From the IMG/VR virus record IMGVR_UViG_3300049783_001162: a DNA stretch of 64,000 nt, one strand, 5' to 3'. Position 1 is the stretch's first letter, and the number at the start of each line of letters is the position of its first letter. Below, piece by piece: positions 8,983 to 20,700 of this stretch. The DNA comes from an uncultured virus (IMG/VR IMGVR_UViG_3300049783_001162). Taxonomy: Duplodnaviria > Heunggongvirae > Uroviricota > Caudoviricetes. The translations under genes and the position numbers were made by a program. The notes under the pieces are model-generated. The model was not told the DNA's origin and did no database searches. It worked only from the letters and a program-made list of their open reading frames with translations.

Positions 8983-10407
8983 ATGGCATTAAGTAAGGTA
9001 ACAAACTACGGAGTCGATCTCTACAAGATAAAAGTCAATAGCGGAGGCGCTATTGACTTTGATATGGGTGGGTCAGGTACTGCTACTATTAGAGGTAACT
9101 TAGTCGTTATTGGCGACACTACTACTGTTAGCTCCAAAGACTTATCAGTGGGTGACAACGTTATTGTAGTTAACAGCGGCGAAGAGAACGCTGGTATAAC
9201 ACTTGGTGTAGCAGGGTTGTTAATTGATCGCGGCACATTGTCTAACATTGAATTGTTTTACGACGAATCGTTGAGCACATTCCGCAACGGATCTCTACAA
9301 GCCAACGAAGGTGCGTTTGCATTGCGCAACGACGACGACAGCGACCTAATTGGACTGTATGTATCATCTATTAATTCACTCGAAGGCAACGACTTAAATT
9401 TTCTAGCTGGACAAGATGTTGGTGTATTAAGTGTTACTGGTACTCTAAATTATGAAGATCAAGTTATTGCAGGCGACGACGACGTTATTCCCAACAGGGC
9501 ATATGTTGTTAACAAGATAAACCAATTAATTGCAGATAATGATTCTGGCGGATTAAACATAAATGGAGACTCGGGTGGTCCGGTAGCATTGGTATTATCT
9601 ACTGATACATTAGATGTTGAATCAGACGACGGCCTTATTACAGCGATTAATAAAGTAGGAACCCAAGTAACATTAACAGTAGGCGCACTTGATGCAACTG
9701 ACGTTCAAAAAGGAATTTCGAGATTTGAAGCTGCACATTTTTTGGTTGCTGCTGGAAAAGTATTTTTAAAAGATGCTGGCATCGACAATGTAAAACTAGT
9801 AAACGACTATTATACACTGTCTACTAATAACGGGGCTCCTAGTATTGATGTCCAGCTTGGAGATGTTATTAACTTTAACAAAGGAGACGGTATTGATGTT
9901 GTTATTGCAAATGACACTGTTACTATTTCCAATACTCAAAAAATATTTAATACAATTAGTGTATCGGGTCAACCAGATGTTGTAGCAGAATTAAACAACG
10001 ATAACCTTACTCTAGTCAATGGCAACAACATCAGTGTTACTACAAACAATGCAACTGATTCTATTACTATTAGCAGTTTAGTTGATGGTGATAGTGCATT
10101 TAAAACTACAGATTCGATTACAACAAATACATCACCAACTGTAATTGATAGTTTTACATTAGCAACTTCTCGTTCGGCAAAGTATCATATTCAAATTACA
10201 CAAGGTAGTACTTATCAAGTTTCTGAATTGGTACTTATGCACAACGGCACTGTAACATTTGATACTGAATATGCAATACTAACATCAAATGGAGTTCTTG
10301 GTGTACTTACTACAGCAGTAAATGGCACCGAAGCCGAACTTATTGTAACAATGAATAGTGCAAGTCCTTCGAGTATTATTATTAAAAGGTTGTTATTTGA
10401 TGTTTAA
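8983..10407 (+). CDS. Putative fibre/structural protein
   Basis: GNLVVIGDTTTVSS..L.V.DN motif and C-terminal SAKYHIQITQG..YQVSELVLMHNG domain typical of T4-like fibre proteins. Confidence 0.65.
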   Translation: MALSKVTNYGVDLYKIKVNSGGAIDFDMGGSGTATIRGNLVVIGDTTTVSSKDLSVGDNVIVVNSGEENAGITLGVAGLLIDRGTLSNIELFYDESLSTFRNGSLQANEGAFALRNDDDSDLIGLYVSSINSLEGNDLNFLAGQDVGVLSVTGTLNYEDQVIAGDDDVIPNRAYVVNKINQLIADNDSGGLNINGDSGGPVALVLSTDTLDVESDDGLITAINKVGTQVTLTVGALDATDVQKGISRFEAAHFLVAAGKVFLKDAGIDNVKLVNDYYTLSTNNGAPSIDVQLGDVINFNKGDGIDVVIANDTVTISNTQKIFNTISVSGQPDVVAELNNDNLTLVNGNNISVTTNNATDSITISSLVDGDSAFKTTDSITTNTSPTVIDSFTLATSRSAKYHIQITQGSTYQVSELVLMHNGTVTFDTEYAILTSNGVLGVLTTAVNGTEAELIVTMNSASPSSIIIKRLLFDV

Positions 10408-10457
10408 TTATTTAAATTACTCTCTTAGAAATAACACCACTAGTAAGAAAGTTTAAC

Positions 10458-11645
10458 ATGTCAATAAGAATGGGTCCAACAAACAAAACTGTGTTAAATT
10501 CATCATGGAATAGCAACACAGACACATATACTACTACTACTACTGACAACGTTATAAGTGCAGTTCATTTACAGATGAGACGGTGTGTCTTAATGCCAGA
10601 TGGTACAGTGAATTATTATTTAGATCCAGATGACAGTACTAAAAAGATCGACGGAACTCCGTCGGTACTAACTGGTGCAGACGGAAATGTAATGGTAGAA
10701 ATTCCAAAATTTTCATTTAGCCGAACATTAGCCGCCGGCAATACAACTTGGGAGATTGTTTTTGGTACCAGAGAAGGGTACACATTACACCCGGCTTTTT
10801 TCAAAGCTGGCGTAGAAGTTAGCCACCGGTATGTTAGTGCATATGATGCATGTTATTTAGATGCAACAGATAGCTTATACAAGTCTGGCACAAATCTTGA
10901 TGATGCTACCAGTACCCTCGACTTGTCCAATGACAAATTATCATCTGTTTCTGGCATACATCCGCTTGTTGGCGCAACCCGTAACGAATGCAGTATGCTT
11001 GCTGCAAACAACGGATCTGGATGGGTGCAGCTTGACTTTAATCTTTGGTCAGCTATTCAAATTTTATACATAGTCGAATACGCTAATTTTAATTCTCAAG
11101 CTACACTTGGAAGCGGTAATACCGATGGAAGTTATGTTGCATCTTCTAGCAGTCAGGCAGATAGTCCTCATATAATTGCAGGCGCAACAAACAACTTAGG
11201 AAACAATAGTACTGATTTGGCAACAGGAACTGGGTTTGTAAGCTACCGAGGAATTGAAAATCTTTACGGAAACTGTTCAACGTGGACTAATGGTATTAAT
11301 GTTAATATTGGCACAGCAGGCACTGTTTATGTAGCAAGTGACTACAGAAATTTTGCCGATGATACTTTGATAAATTATGATCTTATTACATCTGCGTTTG
11401 AGACAACAGACGGATTTATTCGTAATCTATTGCAAACCGGCGCATATTTCCTTTCTTCAATAAATCTTACTGCAACGTCAATAACTTATGTAACAGACTA
11501 TCACTTTGCAAGCACATCACTTTTGCAAATAGTCTGTGTCGGCGGCGATGCAAGTGCAGCAGGCGGAGCAGGAATTTTAGGAATATCGTCAAATAAATTA
11601 TCAAGTAGTGCTGATAGAAAAATAGGATGCCGTCTTTGTTTTTAA
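10458..11645 (+). CDS. Fibre/adhesin with C-type-lectin (Mtd/FGE-like) fold
   Basis: VMVEIPKF, HPAF, YRGIENLYGN..W, VGG and terminal IGCRLCF motifs. Confidence 0.65.
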   Translation: MSIRMGPTNKTVLNSSWNSNTDTYTTTTTDNVISAVHLQMRRCVLMPDGTVNYYLDPDDSTKKIDGTPSVLTGADGNVMVEIPKFSFSRTLAAGNTTWEIVFGTREGYTLHPAFFKAGVEVSHRYVSAYDACYLDATDSLYKSGTNLDDATSTLDLSNDKLSSVSGIHPLVGATRNECSMLAANNGSGWVQLDFNLWSAIQILYIVEYANFNSQATLGSGNTDGSYVASSSSQADSPHIIAGATNNLGNNSTDLATGTGFVSYRGIENLYGNCSTWTNGINVNIGTAGTVYVASDYRNFADDTLINYDLITSAFETTDGFIRNLLQTGAYFLSSINLTATSITYVTDYHFASTSLLQIVCVGGDASAAGGAGILGISSNKLSSSADRKIGCRLCF

Positions 11646-11707
11646 ATATCAAGTATGTGTAACTTACATTTTTGATAAATACTTAACAAGCAAGGGGCAT
11701 AGAATCT

Positions 11708-12286
11708 ATGGATAATAATAATAAATTTGAAGTTAAAATTGGATTAATTACTCCTCGTATAGATTTTGCCTTACCAGATTCTCCTAATAGTATTGTAGCA
11801 ACAATGCTTAACAGTGACGATGTTACGTTTAACGGCGATAGCGGACGTCTTCTGTCAATTAGTGATACGTTAACTGGAAATGTTTTTTCACTTAACAACG
11901 CAACTGGTGTTCCTATTATCGAAGCCGATGACAACGGTGTCGTAAGAATTGCCGAAACATTTGGTAAAGCAGTAATTGGTAATATAAGCATCGACGGCAG
12001 CACTATTACCCATACTAATCCTACTGCTGTATTAACTATACAACAACAAGGTTCTGGCTATCTTAAAGTTGGCGGAGAACTAGGTATGGTTATTCCTGCT
12101 GGTGACGATGTTCAACGCCCTGCAGAAATATCTAGCGAAATAGGAATGACACGATTTAATATTGAGCGAAAATACTTAGAAATATGGAACGGCGAAATTT
12201 GGCAATCATCAGCAGGGGATGCATTGCAAATTTCTAGAGAAACAGCACGAGACATTTCAGTTGTGTATGCACTGATGTTAGGATAA
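11708..12286 (+). CDS. Putative structural protein
   Basis: IPAGDDVQRP...GMTRFN...LEIWNG..W motif common in phage fibre proteins; TAAATA upstream. Confidence 0.6.
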   Translation: MDNNNKFEVKIGLITPRIDFALPDSPNSIVATMLNSDDVTFNGDSGRLLSISDTLTGNVFSLNNATGVPIIEADDNGVVRIAETFGKAVIGNISIDGSTITHTNPTAVLTIQQQGSGYLKVGGELGMVIPAGDDVQRPAEISSEIGMTRFNIERKYLEIWNGEIWQSSAGDALQISRETARDISVVYALMLG

Positions 12287-12290
12287 TATA

Positions 12291-12623
12291 ATGGCAACAG
12301 AATTTAAAAATAAAATAGTAAAAGAAGTTGGCACTTCTGCAGTAATGTCGATAGAAACTGATTCGCTAACACAGACAACAGTAATTGGTCTTAAAATATC
12401 AAACTTAACTGAATACATGGTATATGCTGGAATTTTACTTCGTGATGCTGACAATGTAATGGGATACTTTATGAAAGATATAATGATTCCGGCAAACAGT
12501 AGTTTGCATGCTGTGGCGTCAGGGGAAAAGTTAATTCTTGCTGAGAACAATCAGTTATTTATAGTTGCAGATGAAGCTGCTTCGTTAGATGCAATTATTA
12601 GTTATATAGAAATTAGGGATTAA
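12291..12623 (+). CDS. Small structural protein (paralogue of 22787..23104)
   Basis: 110 aa, beta-rich, in fibre operon. Confidence 0.6.
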   Translation: MATEFKNKIVKEVGTSAVMSIETDSLTQTTVIGLKISNLTEYMVYAGILLRDADNVMGYFMKDIMIPANSSLHAVASGEKLILAENNQLFIVADEAASLDAIISYIEIRD

Positions 12624-12624
12624 A

Positions 12625-12999
12625 ATGTCATCAAATTACACAGGGGTTACTCCGGAACAGGTATTTATTGCAACCGACAGCAGATTCTTTTATGGGCTAC
12701 GTAGAACAGACAACGGTGAACTATTTTTAGCCAAGGCTGATCAGTTAAAAAAAACAGATTCAATTACTATAAACAAGCCAGGCGACATGGCAGAAAACTA
12801 TACAACTTTTTCTCAGGGAGTAGACTTTTATGATGGCAGAGACGATGATCATAACTTGATACATGAGAATTTAAATTATGAACAACACCGCTGGGACAAC
12901 AGAAATATATTGTACTATGTTAACAGCGAAGGTGAGCTAGTACAAAGAATAAATGAAAATTATATATATGATGATAACTCATCAAGTAACGGATTGTAA
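12625..12999 (+). CDS. Hypothetical virion-associated protein
   Basis: 124 aa, tightly packed in structural operon. Confidence 0.6.
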   Translation: MSSNYTGVTPEQVFIATDSRFFYGLRRTDNGELFLAKADQLKKTDSITINKPGDMAENYTTFSQGVDFYDGRDDDHNLIHENLNYEQHRWDNRNILYYVNSEGELVQRINENYIYDDNSSSNGL

Positions 13000-13010
13000 G
13001 AGAGAGTAAC

Positions 13011-16000
13011 ATGGCAGATTTTGATCTAAACAAAATTAAATTTAGATGGGTAGGCGATTGGGTATTATCAACTAGCTACACAAAGGATGATGTTGTACGC
13101 TTCCAGGGAAAGACCTATGTATGTTTACTTGGTCACACATCTAGTGCTACAACAATTTATCCTGATTTAAATCTTCAAGCACCTAACACTCGATGGGAAT
13201 TAATGTTCGATGGTAATCAATGGCGAGGAGATTGGTTATCTAATACACAGTATCATCTTGGCGATATTGCAAAATACAACGGATACCTTTATCAGTGTAC
13301 CACAGAGCATATTTCAACTTCGATCTTTGCGCAAGGCCTAGTTGATAATATTACCGATTGGACTATTGTAGCCGCAACATACAATTGGTTAAACGCTTGG
13401 ACTGCAACAATGGATGATAGTTCGTCTGCTCCGCAGTATTATAATTTAGGCGATGTTGTTAGTTATAATGGTATAACTTATATATGTATTGAAAAACACA
13501 TAGCAGGACTGTATCTTGAACTTGATCAAGATAAGTGGTCGGTTGTTACTCGTTCAGATAATTGGAGATACAATTGGCAAGCTAGCACTCGTTATAGTGT
13601 AGATGATATTGTAAAATACGGCGCTATCAGTTACAGATGTATAACTGCTCACGAAAGTAGTGCAACACTAGGATTAGAACAAGATCAATCGAGCTGGGAA
13701 ATATTCTTAGAAGGAATTGATTATAAAGGCAACTGGGCTACTTCAATTCGTTATAAAAAATTCGATATTGTAAAATCCAGCGGATCACTATGGAAAGCAA
13801 CACAGGGACATACATCAACTGTTAGTTTACGAGCTGATCAGGTTAACTGGGCAATATATGTACCCGGTCTTTCATACCAAGAACGCTGGGATACTATTGT
13901 AGAATATGCAATAGGAGACATTGTAATTTATGGTGGATATACTTATACTGCATTAACAAATAACAATAACAGTATACCAAGTGTTAATGGAATACTGCAA
14001 GATACTGGTGATTGGGAATTATTAGTAGCAGGATATAGACATCTTGGAGATTGGATTAACTCCACAGAGTATAATACCGGAGATGTTATTAGAGATAGTG
14101 GATATCTTTATATTGCAGTTGCAGACAGTAGCGCAATCAAGCCTGACTCGAATACTGCAATTTGGCAAGTATTAGTCACTGGTAAAAAGTGGAAAAACAA
14201 TTGGCAGGATAATACAGAATATTCATTAGGAGATATAGTAACGTATGCTGGCGTGGCATATACTTGCATACTACGTCACCAAGGAACCGAAAGCAACAGC
14301 CGCCCAGACTTGGACATTGTAAATACCAGTGAGAATTATTGGATTGTGTTAATACAAGGAACTGCCAGCAATGTGCTAACAACTGTAGGCGATCTTAGAA
14401 CACACAATGGCACTGATACTGAAAGATTTGAAATCAACATTCCTGGCAACTTATTAAAATCAGTTGACGGTCAACTAAGTTGGGAAAACCTTGATGAAGT
14501 ACCTAACACATATTATGTAAGTACAACAGGCACAGATACTGTAGGTTACGGGTCAACACTAGCATCGCCGTTTAGAACAGTAAAGTATGCATGTGAGTTT
14601 GTGTTAAACAATGTTGATGTTGATACAACAAATACTGTAATTTTTATTAAGACTGGCAGTTATGACGAAATACTTCCAATTAAAATTCCAAGAAATTGTG
14701 CAATAGTCGGCGATGAACTCAGAAGCACAGTTATCTTACCAGCAGACAGTTATGAGCAATCAAACATGTTCTTTGTCAACAACGGCAGCGGAATAAGAAA
14801 TATGACTTTACAAGGTCTGTCGGGTGTACTAGGCACCCCTAATCAGTACTTTACAAGCCGGCCTAGTGCTGGCGCATATGTTAGCTTGGATCCAGGCACT
14901 GGTCCAAACGACACTAGTGTATGGATTATCAACAAGTCGTGTTATGTACAGAATGTAAGCACATTTGGCACAGGATGTGTTGGCATGAAAGTTGACGGAT
15001 TATTACACAACGGCGGAAATAGATCGATTGTTGCAAACGACTTTACTCAAGTATTAAGCGACGGAATTGGATATTGGGCATCTGATCTAGGAAGATCAGA
15101 ACTTGTGAGTGTGTTTACATATTTCTGTCATATTGGGTATTTGTCCGAAAACGGCGGAATACTTCGTGCAACAAATGGCAACAACTCATATGGTACATAC
15201 GGAAGTGTAGCTGAAGGAACAAATTCAAGTGAAACTGCGATAACTGCTGAAATAGACAATAGGACATTAGAAGCACAAGTTGACATAGTACACACTGACG
15301 GAAGTAAAATAATAGCAGTTGGATACAAGCATGCTGGACAAGAGTATAGTTCTGCTACTGCATCTATTCTAGGATCCGGTGTTGATGCAAATGCAATATA
15401 TGAAGAATTTAGAAACGGTGCAATAAGTGAAATTAGAACTATTGATCCTGCTGATTCTACTACACCTGGCGGACTCAACTACCAGTTTCTATTAAACAGT
15501 GCGCAGACTGGGTCAGCAACTAGCATTACATTGTCGGCTGCTGACGGAACAGGTACTAGTGCAAAGTATGTCGGGATGCGAATATTTATAAACAGCGGTC
15601 CGGGTATTGGACAATATGGTTATATTGCTTCTTATAACGAATCTACCAAGATTGCATCTGTTAGTAGAGATTCCGACGATGCCGCAGGGTGGGATCATAT
15701 TTATCCAGGATACCCAATCGAAGCAGTACTCGACGACACAACGCGATATAATATTGAGCCACTAGTTAGTATTGCAGAACCAATCTTTGATTCAACTGTG
15801 ATAAACACAGGTACAACTGCCAACACTTATAAATTTATAGTGTCTGATAAGGATCAGAAAATTTTAGTTGTGCCAACTGCACTAAGTGAAACACATGCGT
15901 ACAGCAATGATGCCGGTAGTACATGGTTAAACATAACAACTGCAATTGAAACTGATGGGTCAATTGCAACCGGAGTTATATATTCCGGACAAGAATTTAT

Positions 16001-17711
16001 AATTACAGGCGGCCTAAGTTATTATACATCCGTAGGCGGCGCACTAGACAACTTTAATAAGTCTTCTGCTGCGGCAAACAATTACACAGGCATTGCGTCT
16101 GATGGCAATGGCAGTGTTATATTAGTACTAGATGACGGAAGTGTAAGCTATTCAACCAATCACGGATCCTCATATTCGCCAGCAACTGGTATTGCTGGTA
16201 TTCCGTCATACGGAACTGGACAGTTTATTATCATTGGTGATAATGGAGATGTTGCATATTCAATAGACAACGGAGCAAACTGGGTCACTACAACTTCGGC
16301 ACTGACTGCTAGTACATGGAATTCAGTAGCATACGGCGACGGAAAGTTTGTTGTAATTGGATCAGCAAATAAAGTAGCATACAGCCATGATGCTATTACA
16401 TGGTATGAAAGCAATATTGATAATGTTGATACATTTGATACAGTATCTTACGGTGCAGGAGTTTTTGCTGCAACTGGAAATTCATCTAATCTTGCAAAAT
16501 CTCAAGATGGTAAATCATGGAAGACATACAACACAGACAGTACCTCGTATGCATTAGACAATATTAGACTGTGGGGAGGAATGGTATATATGCCACTAAT
16601 CCAAAACTGGATTGTAGTAGCAAACGGATCGACGTGGAATACCATACTTCTTGGTGCAAGTGGATTTGCAAGAGCTGTAGTAAGCTCGAGTAGAATTCAA
16701 TACTTTGTTATCTACGATTCTGGCAGCAATTATTTAACAGCTCCGGTGGTAACAGTATTTGATCCAGAAGCTACTGATTTTGTAGATTATAATGTAAGAT
16801 TAGCTGATGGTGTATTGTGTCAGCCTGTTATTAAAAATCGTGGTACCGGTTATGTTACAGCAACTATGAATGTTACAGGAAACGGATTTGCTGATATTTA
16901 TCAAGTAGGCAAAACATTAAATCTTAAAAATGTTTCACTAGTACCGGGTCCAGGAGCAAACGTTATTATAAATGGCATCAACGATGTTACATATCGACTA
17001 ACAAAAATAATTTCACAGACTGGCACATCTCCTAATTTTAATTTGGTTGTTTCGATTAGTCCAGTAATAACCAATCAAAATTCTCCCAACCATCTTGAAA
17101 GTATACTTATAAAAGAAGAGTACAGTCAAGTACGATTAACCGGTCATGACTTCTTGGACATCGGAACAGGTAACATTAATAGTACTCGCTATCCAGAATT
17201 ATATTTAGTAGGTGAAGATGCATTAAACCCAAGACGACCATTTAACGAAACAGTCGAAAACGGCGGCGGGAGAGTATTTTACACCAGCAGCGACCAAGAC
17301 GGTAATTATAGAGTTGGTGATTTATTTGCAGTTGAACAATCAACAGGTACTGTTACAATAAACGCCGATTTGTTTGATTTAGACGGTCTGTCGGAATTGA
17401 GTTTGGGAGGAATACAAGTTGGAGGAAGTGCTGTTGTTGTGCGAGAATTCAGCAAAGACGGTTCTTTTATAGCAAACTCAAACAACATTATTCCTACACA
17501 AGCAGCAATTCTAAAATACCTAGGAAGTAGAATCAGCGGCGGCGGCGCAGATGCGTTAACCAATACCTTAACAGCAGGACAAGTTAAAATTACAAGTACA
17601 ACGATTACAACAACTTCAAATTTGCAAATAAATATTCCTGTAAGTACAAATATGCTAGGCGGCATAGACGGCGACTATCTAGCACAACAATTTTTTCTAG
17701 CTAAGAATTAA
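13011..17711 (+). CDS. Giant fibre/appendage protein A: CBM5/12-like repeats, beta-helix-like region and propeller-like region
   Basis: About 50-aa repeats W....Y..GD.V.Y.G..Y.C; YYVS..G.D...G.....PF.TV; S.D.G.tW (BNR-like) repeats; YTSSDQDGNYRVG. Confidence 0.75.
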   Translation: MADFDLNKIKFRWVGDWVLSTSYTKDDVVRFQGKTYVCLLGHTSSATTIYPDLNLQAPNTRWELMFDGNQWRGDWLSNTQYHLGDIAKYNGYLYQCTTEHISTSIFAQGLVDNITDWTIVAATYNWLNAWTATMDDSSSAPQYYNLGDVVSYNGITYICIEKHIAGLYLELDQDKWSVVTRSDNWRYNWQASTRYSVDDIVKYGAISYRCITAHESSATLGLEQDQSSWEIFLEGIDYKGNWATSIRYKKFDIVKSSGSLWKATQGHTSTVSLRADQVNWAIYVPGLSYQERWDTIVEYAIGDIVIYGGYTYTALTNNNNSIPSVNGILQDTGDWELLVAGYRHLGDWINSTEYNTGDVIRDSGYLYIAVADSSAIKPDSNTAIWQVLVTGKKWKNNWQDNTEYSLGDIVTYAGVAYTCILRHQGTESNSRPDLDIVNTSENYWIVLIQGTASNVLTTVGDLRTHNGTDTERFEINIPGNLLKSVDGQLSWENLDEVPNTYYVSTTGTDTVGYGSTLASPFRTVKYACEFVLNNVDVDTTNTVIFIKTGSYDEILPIKIPRNCAIVGDELRSTVILPADSYEQSNMFFVNNGSGIRNMTLQGLSGVLGTPNQYFTSRPSAGAYVSLDPGTGPNDTSVWIINKSCYVQNVSTFGTGCVGMKVDGLLHNGGNRSIVANDFTQVLSDGIGYWASDLGRSELVSVFTYFCHIGYLSENGGILRATNGNNSYGTYGSVAEGTNSSETAITAEIDNRTLEAQVDIVHTDGSKIIAVGYKHAGQEYSSATASILGSGVDANAIYEEFRNGAISEIRTIDPADSTTPGGLNYQFLLNSAQTGSATSITLSAADGTGTSAKYVGMRIFINSGPGIGQYGYIASYNESTKIASVSRDSDDAAGWDHIYPGYPIEAVLDDTTRYNIEPLVSIAEPIFDSTVINTGTTANTYKFIVSDKDQKILVVPTALSETHAYSNDAGSTWLNITTAIETDGSIATGVIYSGQEFIITGGLSYYTSVGGALDNFNKSSAAANNYTGIASDGNGSVILVLDDGSVSYSTNHGSSYSPATGIAGIPSYGTGQFIIIGDNGDVAYSIDNGANWVTTTSALTASTWNSVAYGDGKFVVIGSANKVAYSHDAITWYESNIDNVDTFDTVSYGAGVFAATGNSSNLAKSQDGKSWKTYNTDSTSYALDNIRLWGGMVYMPLIQNWIVVANGSTWNTILLGASGFARAVVSSSRIQYFVIYDSGSNYLTAPVVTVFDPEATDFVDYNVRLADGVLCQPVIKNRGTGYVTATMNVTGNGFADIYQVGKTLNLKNVSLVPGPGANVIINGINDVTYRLTKIISQTGTSPNFNLVVSISPVITNQNSPNHLESILIKEEYSQVRLTGHDFLDIGTGNINSTRYPELYLVGEDALNPRRPFNETVENGGGRVFYTSSDQDGNYRVGDLFAVEQSTGTVTINADLFDLDGLSELSLGGIQVGGSAVVVREFSKDGSFIANSNNIIPTQAAILKYLGSRISGGGADALTNTLTAGQVKITSTTITTTSNLQINIPVSTNMLGGIDGDYLAQQFFLAKN

Positions 17712-17755
17712 GATAACAATAATGGTAAATATATTAAATAGAGCGGAGTTTTTAA

Positions 17756-20700
17756 ATGGCAGAGTTTAAATTAGGTAGAATTAGATTTATATGGAAAGGC
17801 GACTGGGTTGCCTCTTCAGTCTACTTTACAGACGATATTATTCGTAATGGCGGCAACACATATGTATGTATTGCTGGGCACACTTCTACAACATTATTCA
17901 CTGATGCACAAGCAACTTATTGGAATAAAATTTCTGATGGTACTGAATGGAAATCGTCGTGGGGTCTTAATACCTATTACAAAGTAAATGATATTGTAAC
18001 ATACGGCGGATTGTTATACATTGCAAATGAAGCACACACTGCGGCTGCAACTGTATTATCCGGACTGGAAGCAGATCAATCCAAGTGGGATTTATTTGCA
18101 GAAGGATTTGATTACAAAGCAGACTGGGCTGTAGACTCTCGGTATAAAATAAATGATATTGCAAAATACAACGGCACTGTATATATTTGTACACAGGACC
18201 ACTCAAGTGCGTTGACACTAACAGACGGACTTGAATTAGATCAAGCCAACTGGGATATATTTTCAACAGGATTCTTTTGGACCAATACTTGGTCGGCTAC
18301 TACTCGTTACACAGTAAATGATATTGTACGATTTGGCGGAACATTATATGTTTGTAATACTGGGCACACTAGCTCAGCAACAGACGAACTAGGACTAGAA
18401 GCAGACCAATCCAAGTGGGATTATTTACACAACGGCATTGAGTATCGATCAGATTGGCTAACTACTACTCGTTACAAAATAAATGATGTTGTTAAGTACG
18501 GTGGCGGAATCTGGATCTGTACAACTTTCCATACAAGTTCTGCAACAACACTAGCAGATGACGAAGCTAATTGGTCACAATTTGTAGAAGGTTTGGAATT
18601 TGAAGATAGCTGGGATTCAACTACTGATTACCAGCCAGGTGACTTTGTAACGTACGGTGGATATAGTTATGTTTCGACTACAAACAATATCGGTGCAAAA
18701 CCCAGTGATACTCCAGCTGATTGGGATTTGTTTACAACTGGCTTCCGCTTTATCGGAGACTACGAAGATGATAGCTCAACTAGAGAATACATCGAAGGCG
18801 ATGTAGTTCGGTTAGGCGGATACACATATTTGTGCATCGACAAGCACGAAGGAGTTCGTCCACCAAGCGCTGTTCAATGGCAGCTACTCAATCAAGGAAT
18901 TGAGTGGAAAAGTGACTGGACTGACGCAACATTCTATGATGCAGGTGACTCTGTTCAGTACGGAGTAAACAGCTATATTAGCATACTTGCGCACACTTCA
19001 GACGAAACAGTAGACGAAAATAGACCAGACCAAGATGTCACAGGAATTAATTGGAACCTATTGGTTGCCGGCGCAGAGTCGGGCAATTTAACTACACTAG
19101 GCGATATTGTATACTTTGGAGGAGCAGGCGCAACTAGATTGCCAGTTGGTACTCCTGGGCAAGTTCTTACAGTTAATTCTCTTGCAACTGCTCCACAGTG
19201 GACTAGTTTTGGCGAAGTTAACAATGTTTATTATGTCGAATCTACAAACGGTGCAGATAATCCAACACCGTTAAATGGTGTTACATTGGACCGTCCGTTT
19301 AAAACAATTCGCTATGCAACGGAACAAGTTTTAGCAGGAGCACTGCGGTTCAATGCTAAAAATCTATTACTAAGAAACAGAAGCTTTATTCAAGACGAAG
19401 TTATTGAATACATCACTGCGACGTATCCGGCCCTAACATACAATGCAGTAAAGTGCCGCAGGGACGCAGGACAAGTTATTGATGCAGTTGTTTGGGATTT
19501 AACACACGGCGGAAACGCCCGTTCTAGATTAGCATCATTGTCATATTTTAATGAAAATGGAGACACTTATCTAGCAGACAACGCAGCTGAAACTGCAGAT
19601 AGTTTAAATTATATTAAAACTCTCAGTGATGCAATTCTATCAAATATTGCACCAGCAACAGTCCGAGGCTCGCTAAATCAGTATACTAATGCTGCATTTG
19701 TTGAAGAAAACGATGCACAATCAACTGTAGTAAGCTTGGTAAATATTGTAACAGACGCTATAACAGCTGGTGACACTTCTGCAATACCCGTAGAAAGAAA
19801 AGCACAAAATAGTATATTTGTTAAGACAGGACAATTCAACGAAGTATTGCCAATTGTTATTCCTGAAAATACAGCAATCATTGGCGACGAACTACGTTCA
19901 ACTAGAATATCACCGGCAGCAAGTCTTGTAGACAGTGGAGATTCTGTCTACAGTATAGCTGCTCTTGCACGATTGCAAGCTATTATAAGCAACATTGTTA
20001 CACATGATACAGTAACTAAATCTTCTGGAAATGCACTTGATCCAGTTACAACATCACCACCTGGTACTGCACCTGCTGGTACATTTGCTACTGAATTAGT
20101 ACAACAAATTTCTGATTATATCGATTGGGGAATTAACGGAATTACTAGCGATAGTACTGTTCCGCAATCGTATGGATCGAATATTCCAAATACTACAACA
20201 GACTATACATATGCAGTTGAAACACTAGAAGCAAATAGAGAATTTTTAGTTGCAGAAATATCGGCATACATTACTGTTACTTATCCTGGATATGTATATG
20301 CTGTGGCTTCGTGCTCAAGAGATGTAAATTCTTATATCGATGCTATCAAGCACGACTTGATCTACACTGGTAATTATAAGTCGTTGCTCGCAGCAAGATA
20401 TTATGTAAATGCAGTAACTGGCTCAACAGCAGAAGACATGTTCTATGCACGAAATGCCACCGGCTTGAGAAACTGCACAGTTGCAGGATTGTCCGGAACA
20501 CTAGGAAGTGATAATGCATATGGAACAAAACGTCCGAGTGCTGGAGCATTTGTGAGTCTAGACCCTGGATGGGGCCCAGCTCATGTCGCTGCGTGGATAA
20601 TTAATAAATCTCCATACATACAAAATGTTACTACATTTGGTACAGGATGCGTTGGATGTAAAGTTGACGGCGATTTGCACGCTGGCGGCAACGACTCAAT

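Noticed and set aside
10458..11645. Complete diversity-generating retroelement
   Set aside because: No template repeat, RT or accessory gene visible in the window.
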